Shown here: positions 49,767 to 56,765 of the stretch, one piece after another
Layout of the letters: each line of letters opens with the position of its first letter
How positions within the stretch are numbered: position 1 is the first letter of the stretch
Origin: Octopus bimaculoides
Lineage: Eukaryota
Reading direction: 5' to 3'
Length of the DNA stretch: 56,765 nt
NCBI RefSeq assembly: GCF_001194135.2
Contig: NC_068982.1
Location: forward strand, 85,723,155 to 85,779,919
Position numbers and translations under genes: made by a program
Notes under the pieces: model-generated
Told to the model about the DNA's origin: nothing
The model's input: the letters and a program-made list of their open reading frames with translations, nothing else
Databases searched by the model: none

Positions 49767-49774
49767 TATAATCT

Positions 49775-51085
49775 TCACAGAGAGAAAGAGAGAGAAAGAT
49801 GCATTACTAAAAGTAGTAAGGGAGTGTGAGAGAGAGATAAGTATTAGTAGAAGTGAGTGAGTGAGAAAGACAGAGAAAGAAGCATTACTAGAAGAAGTAA
49901 GGGAACAAGAGAGAGCAGGAGAAAGAGAAATATTACTAAAAGAAGGGAGCAAAAGACAGGGAGACAAGTGTTTTTAGAAGAGAGTGAGAAAGAGAAGCAA
50001 GGGAGTAAGAGAGAAGCATTATTAGGAGAGAAGTGAGTGAGACAGAGAGCTACAGAGAAAAGAAGGGAGTAAGAGAGAGAAGGAATAAGAGAGATACAGA
50101 AGCATTACTAAAAGAAGTAAGAGAGTAAAAAGAAGTAAAGAGGAAGAGAGAGATTGAGATGAATCCACTATTAAAAGGGAATATGAAAGAGAGAATTAGT
50201 ACAAGAAGTAAGGAAATATGAGAGAGAGAGAGAAACATTATTAAAAGAAGGGAGTGAGTGAGAGAGAGAGAGAGAGAAACATTACTAAAAGAAGGGAGTG
50301 AGTGAGAGAGAGAGAGAGAAGCATAACTAGTAGAAGTAAAAAAGTAAGGACAGATAAAAAAAAAAACAATACTAGAAGTAAAGGAATAAGAGAGACATAG
50401 AAAGAGATTGAGAAACATTTATAGAAGAATTGGGGAGGTAAGAAAGAAAGAGAGAGAGAAATATTACTAAAAAAACATGGGAGAGAGTGAGATACAAGGA
50501 AGCGTTACTAAAAGAAGGGAGTAAGAAAAAGACAGAAAGAGTGAGAAGCATTATCAAATTTAATAAGGGAGAAAGAGAAGCATTACAAGAAGAAGTAGAG
50601 AGATATATATCGAGAGAGAGAGAGAGAGAAGCATTGCTAAAAAAATATATAAAGTGAGAGAGAGAGGGGGGGAGACTAACTAGAGAAAGTAAGGGGATAC
50701 AGAGAGATGATATACATGTAGGGGAGTAAGAGAGAAGGAGAAGTAAGGGAGAGGGAGAGAATGACAAACAGAGAGAAGATTTACTAGAAGTAAGGGACTA
50801 AGAGAGAGAGAAAGAAGGGAATAAGTAAGTGAGAAAGGCAGAGAGAGAAAGATAGAAAGAGAAAAACATTCCTAGAAATAGTAAGGGAGTAAGAGAGAGA
50901 GAGAAGAATTACTACATGAGCTAAGGGAGTAAGAGAGAGAAGTACAAGAAGTAAGGAAATATGAGAGAGAGAGAGAAACATTACTAAAAGAAGGGAGTGA
51001 GTGAGACAGAGAGAGAGAGAGAGAGAGAAAAAAAGAAGCATAACTAGCAGAAGTTAAAAAGTAAGGACAGATAAAAAAAAAACAA
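49775..51085. repeat. Degenerate GA-rich minisatellite, reverse-complement type of 46850-47590
   Basis: GAGAGAAGCATTACTA units; internal direct duplication 50200-50370 / 50940-51085. Confidence 0.85.
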
Positions 51086-51099
51086 TTTTTTATTTTACC

Positions 51100-52390
51100 T
51101 TAAATGATAGAACACACCAAGACGAGTGCCATGATGCTAATCTTTTCAAAAAATATCATTCACACATGACCACTTCTAGGCTTTGTCACTAACTCAATTT
51201 TTAACCAAATTAGATGATGTTTACATTTTCAGATTGGTCACATCATATTTTGAGCTAAAGAATTTGAAATGTGGTTCAGTAGAAAAAAGTTTGAGTCAAA
51301 TAAGTGAGGTTACAAACAGGAGAATAACGCCCAAAATCGACTTTGTGTCCAAATATTTTATTTTTTTAAATAAATCTGTCATATTTTAATTTATATGATA
51401 GCTCTTGATGACAGGAATCTATCCATGTTAATTATATGCAAAAATATTTAGTAGAAAAAATGTACTGAGGTAAAAACCGTCAGAAAAAATTGATTTTGAC
51501 TCCAAATATTATTATTCTTTCAAAAGAAAACTATATTTAAATTAAACTTTATTGATGGATCTCGACCACATGAATCACATGATGCTAATTATATATTAAA
51601 TTTTTTTTAAAAAACTACTGGGACCAGATGTGCTGAAAACAGTGGTAACACCTAAAAGCAAATTCAAAACCTAAACATTTTGTTTTTGCAAAAAGATTTT
51701 GCTCATAAGATAGAACTCATCAAGACAAGTGTCGTGGTGCTAATCTTTTCAAAAAAATATTTAAAATGAAAAAAGTTATTATATAAACTGAATGTACCAA
51801 AAGTGCGTAAAACAATTTTCAAGTAATATTATTACTTATTACAGTACTAAAATGATGAGCTGGCAGAGTTGTTAACACGCAAGGTGAAAGCTTTGTGGCA
51901 TTTTGTTTTCTCTACATTCTGAGTTCAAATTTCTCCAAAGTCGTCTTTGCTTTTTGTCCTTTTGGCATTCGATAAAATAAGTATCAGATGAGCACTGAGG
52001 TCAATGTAAGCAACTTCCCTCCCCACAGGATTTGATGGCCTTCTGCCAAAATTGGAAACCAATATTGCAAAATGTTTGATTCAATTCTGTATTTAGGAAT
52101 CTTGCAGAGATTTACCTCATATTCATAGGATACACTATATTGTAATAAATATCATTCACACACTATTCTTAAGGTCAACATTTACTCACTCGCAACCATG
52201 TCAAGGCTTTGTCACTAATTCAGTTTTTTTACCAATCTTGATGATGTTTACACATTTTTAGATTGGTCACCTCCTAAGCTACATTTTGAGCTACAAAATT
52301 TGAAATTTGGTTCAGTAGAAAAAAGCTGAGATTTCAAATATGTGAGGTCAAAAAGGGGAGAATAACACCTGAAATTGACTTCAGGGATAA
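51100..52390. repeat. Complex dispersed or tandem repeat cluster
   Basis: About 230-bp unit at 51155-51360 and 52150-52385; GATAGAAC..GAC..GTG..ATGATGCTAAT motif at about 51105, 51555 and 51709. Confidence 0.65.
51850..52070 (+). mobile_element. tRNA-derived SINE, diverged
   Basis: GAGCTGGCAGAGTTGTTA head, GAGTTCAAATT B-box-like, core GATAAAATAAGTATCAGATGAGCACTGAGGTCAATG; same family as 34226-34421. Confidence 0.75.
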
Positions 52391-54914
52391 ACACACAACA
52401 CTGCATACATACTTTTGTAAATATACACACACATGCACATACACGTAAGTAACTTTTAAAACACCCATGAAGGGAAACAAAGGTGAACGTGATGAATATG
52501 TAGCTTTAAGGAGAGAGGAGTTAAGTTGACATAAATAGACACACATTCACATACATACTTCTTGCAGAAAAATGTTACTGAAGTTTAATCAGAAAACAGT
52601 GTGGTAAGACATGATGAATCTATTTTTTCACTGGGGTACAAATTAGTTGTGCTTGGACAGACACTAACCATGTAGGGCTGGTATTGTACAGATTCAAGTG
52701 ACAACTTCCATCTAAGGCTAGAACACACCTTCAAACAAAAAGTTAATTCAGTTGCTGCAAGTACATTGGACAGTCAACCATGTCATTTGAAGCTATTCAT
52801 TCTTTCAGCCTCATCCAGAACATGGAAATCAATCTGTTTGCTTTCCTTGTTATGTTCACAGACTTGATAAGTTATCCTGAGCAGCCTTGACCCTTTGTAA
52901 CCAATTCTTCAGTTGACATTCAAGTTGTTGCTGCAATGAGTTTAATTATATTGATTTATCCGGTTTGTGGAATTTGGTCTTTACTGTAGTACTAGCATCT
53001 ATACTATGGAATTTATATCCAGCTTCGTCTTTAAGATAGTTGAATGCATGTAAATATGTAAGTGAAACCAAATCCATTCATGTCTTTCACTATATTTTCA
53101 TCAGACTGAGGTCTAAATTTTAATGTTGGTACACAATAAAAATCCCCTTTGCACACAATTGTTCAGTGTTCTAAAAGACTGTAAAATAAATTATTTTATT
53201 TGAACAAAACAAAAATACTGCCTTCTGATTCTTTTTACAAATAGTTGAATTTCTTCATTATGACATTCTTGAATGAAACCAATGTTTGTACAAATTGAAT
53301 TTGTCATGGTTATTTGAATGTATATCCTGACAACCTTTGCATTCAGATTTACAAAGTGTTTAATAACTTTCTGTACCGTGTCATATTACTGGTGCATGTA
53401 TTTTTGCTAAAACAGGATTTAGAAGCTGGCATTTTCTGCATGACAGTTGACTATCACAAAATGAAAGCAAAATCATTATACAAGCAGGAATTTTTATTAA
53501 ACAAACGAAAGCAAAGCATTACAACGACCAAAGCTGTAAGAACTTCTGAACTTTTAACAAGTTTTTTGTTTGCTTTTAAACTTTAATTCCATATTAAGAG
53601 TAGCAGAGTTTAGATTATTATTATTTCTTTGAGTAAATTGACAAGGATTTTGCTTTCAGATAGTATGATTGGGTTTTCAGAGTAACAGGTTTCAGATTTT
53701 TTATTTTCAGACAAGTTGACAAGATCAGTAGCTGAATTGCAGACTTTATTTTTATTTGACATGAATTTTGACTAACAAACTAACTTTGCCCTTACGGTGG
53801 ATGCATTGGCTATTTTTGCATTTTTAAAAATTTTATATTAGCCATGGCTTTACCATTCATATGATCAGATTCTCTTCTTTCTATATAGTTGATATATTCT
53901 CACACCTCTTTTTGCTAGATCTTCTTACTATATATAGATATAGCTCATTTATTTCTTGATTTTATTATAAAATTAGTATTACATTAATATTCTCTATTAT
54001 ATAGAAAATTACTTTTCATAATGAATTTTCCCTCTTTTTTGGCGCGTTCGTATTATGCACTTTACTTCAATATTAAAATTTTATATACAATGAAGATATA
54101 GGATCTAATATTTTTTACAATTATAATTACATTTCTCACTCATAAAATTCTTATTTTAATTCAATCACCAACAATGAAAAATAAAGAATATTTATTAGTT
54201 TTATTGCATTGCCTGGAAAAAAAAAGTGGATTACAATGAAAAATGCAAGTGCATGCATGTTAATATGCTTAAGTTATTACACCTGGAAAAGTACAGAACA
54301 AGATTTCTACAGTAGAATTTGCTTAATTCAACACCTCTAAAGGAAACTAAAAAGTGCTTAAAATTAAAATTCTACTGTACTTAAAATATTGCAGCTGAGA
54401 GTAACATTTTTAAAATTTATTACATTTTATTAAAACAAAAATTATAAAAACATTACTGGGTTTTTCCAGAAATAAGCCCATTTGATTTTAAGCCTATGGG
54501 CTTATAATCAGAAACTCTTGTCATGTATAGCCCCATTAATTTTTATTATTTTCAGAAATTATTTCAGTCTGTATTTTAGCTCATGGGCTTATTTTTGTAA
54601 AAAGTATTTCTAAAATTAAATAAAATAAAATAAATTTTTAAGAAATACAATAGAATTTGCCTAATTAGTCATCCATAGAAGAAAATTGAAAGTGAAGAAT
54701 TAGGTGAAGTAACGAATTAGCTAAAGATGAATTAGCATTAATACAGTAGAATTAGCCTAACTAATAAATTTTATGATTTATTTTTCAGATTTAATATTTT
54801 TTTTAATGTGAAAGAATTGACTGAGTATATGGTTGATTTGAAACCATTTAATGCCCATTCTATTGCAATCAATGTTTTTTTTTATAATGGGATTTCAATT
54901 CAAGTGAAAAAAAA

Positions 54915-55385
54915 AATCCCATAGCGCATCTTCAATTGTCCCATTCAGGAGAGGCACCCAGCCATCATTCATCTGATTGTCCAGCTAGAGAAAGGCCACA
55001 TGATTACCTTTACAAAACAAACAGCCTTGCAACAAGCACTTTTTCCAAAAGAAACTATCCTTACAGCCTTTTTTAAGTTGTGTCAAGTAGATGAAGAAAC
55101 AAGAAAACTTCTTTACCCACAAGTACCCAAGTATTAAGTATTACACCTGGAGAAACAATAAATGGCACAAAAGGAAATGGGCTGACGCTCTTGCAAGAGT
55201 TTACTGTTTACAAATTTGCAAGAGTGTGACTCTGGACTGCCAAAAACAAACCGTCAAATTAGTGATTTAACTTCAGGAGCCATAGCAAGAGAGACAAATT
55301 ATGACATCAGAGACTTGGCTGCATTTGTGAATGAACATGAACCTAAATTTCTTCCTGAACAATGCAGTGCATATGATCAAATTTT
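54915..55385 (+). mobile_element. Helitron RepHel internal fragment with deletion
   Basis: RIFNCPIQERHPAIIHL..QLEKG; TILTAFFKLC..D...KLLY..VPKY; YTW..W.KRK..ALARV; RETNYD..L..V.E.EP..EQ..AYDQI. Confidence 0.85.
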
Positions 55386-55459
55386 TCCTTTTTTGTTATT
55401 ATTATTTTTTTTATTATAAATTCAGAATTGATTTCCCATGAATTCTGCCAAATGCAAGC

Positions 55460-56765
55460 TTTCTTTTCAGGTACATGACATTGCTGTCCCTCACCCCAGG
55501 GTCTCATAAGCCCACACTTCCCACACCCTCAGAGTTGGCACTCTCAACGTCGGCTCACTGAAAGGTAGGTCTGGTGAGATTGTTGAGATGCTTGAACGGA
55601 GACGTGTAGATTTGTGCTGCATCCAAGAAGTAAGGTGGAGAGGAAGTTCCGCTAGGTTCCTCGTAGGCAAAGAACACAGGTACAAGATTTTCTGAGCAGG
55701 GAACACTGATAGGGTCGGGGGTGAGGGTATGCTTCTTGCGGAGAAATGGGTTGATAAGGTAATTGAGGTAGTCAGAGTATACGACAGAGTACTTAAGATT
55801 AGATTAGTCCTTCACCATAGGTTAGCTACCATTATCTCAACCGGGGCTACCTGATGGGCAGAATGACCGATTTTATGACACCCTATTGCAGACTACCTTG
55901 TTGACGAATGACAGGGAGCTTCTCTTTGTGGCTGGTGATTTCAATGGACATGTTGGACAACATGTAGGGGGCTTCCATGGCATACATGGAGGCTATGGTT
56001 TTGGTTTCCGCAATGAGGAGGGAACCAGACTGCTGGAGTTCTGCGATGCAAATGATCTTATGGTTTGCAATACTAACTTCAGGAAACCTGCCAGTCACCT
56101 AATCACCAACTGGTCTGGTAGACACACTAGTCAGATTGACTACATCCTCGTCAGAAATGGGGAAAGATGGCTGCTTATAAATGCCAAAGCAGCCATCTTT
56201 CCCTATTTTTGACGAGGATGTACCCCTCAACATAGATTAGTAGTTAGCAACTTTAGGATCGGGGCTAAATGGATGCCCTGAAGAAGACCAGCTTGGAGGA
56301 GAAGGGTCTGGAAGCTTAAAGATCTTGCGAATGAACAAAGATTTAGAGGCGTATTACTTGAAGCTTCAGACGAAATAGAGGAGGATATAGCATCACATGA
56401 TGTGGAAGACAACTGGATATTTCTACGGGACAACCTGCTGAGGGCCACTGACCAGATCTGTGGATGGTGCAAAGTCCCATCTCGACCCAAGGTAATGTGG
56501 TGGTGGAACAATGTGGTTGACAGGGCTATTAGACAAAAGAAACAGGCTTGGAAGGAATAGAAGAACGGAGGTAGCAGGGAATTGTATCAGACTGCCCGAA
56601 TGGAAGCTAGGAGACAGGTTTATTTAGCCAGAGGGGAAGCAGATAAGAAATAATTTGCCAATGTTCTGCGCCGTGAGGACCAAAGACTTGAAGTATTTCG
56701 TGTTGCAAGACAGTGTGTGAGAGAGAATCGTGATGTTGTAGGAGAGAAATGTGTCTGCATAGATG
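55460..56765 (+). mobile_element. RTE LINE 5' part (AP endonuclease and linker), runs off the window
   Basis: RVGTLNVGSLKGRSGEIVEMLERRRVDLCCIQEVRW; FVAGDFNGHVG; RNEEGTRLLEFC; SQIDYILVR; WWWNN; scattered stops. Confidence 0.96.

Noticed and set aside
46801-51041. Ser/Leu-rich ORFs
   Set aside because: Translations of the CT/GA minisatellite.
52860-52935. QQLECQLKNWLQ..LSSL resembling the eIF3m C-terminal helix
   Set aside because: The expected upstream conserved residues are absent and an in-frame stop lies just before; the pattern is a generic amphipathic helix.
1-56765. CRISPR array, rRNA or prokaryotic operon
   Set aside because: No regular repeat-spacer array, rRNA motifs or gene-dense structure; spliceosomal introns and eukaryotic TEs throughout.

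Overview
Eukaryotic, AT-rich, transposon-dense scaffold segment with six N-gaps. The SINE and RTE families and the microsatellite load resemble cephalopod, probably Octopus, genomes (inference from recalled repeat families, not a database search). One host gene is recognisable by manual splicing: the last five coding exons of a Rabin8/GRAB (RAB3IP/RAB3IL1, Sec2-family Rab GEF) gene on the + strand at 31988-41885, encoding a 149-aa C-terminal peptide. Almost everything else is decayed mobile DNA: many RTE-clade LINE copies, at least five Penelope-like element (PLE) remnants, a CRE-type restriction-like-endonuclease retrotransposon, an RT-deleted Ty3/Gypsy element with nested insertions, two Tc1/mariner elements, pogo, piggyBac-like and Helitron fragments, tRNA-derived SINEs and satellites. 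The most unusual structure is a near-full-length Penelope element (25317-28125) whose terminal repeats each contain a tRNA-like Pol III promoter followed by a hammerhead-ribozyme core, and whose sense strand almost lacks TTTT runs. Coordinates of decayed elements are approximate and were read by eye; all protein family calls rest on motif recognition.
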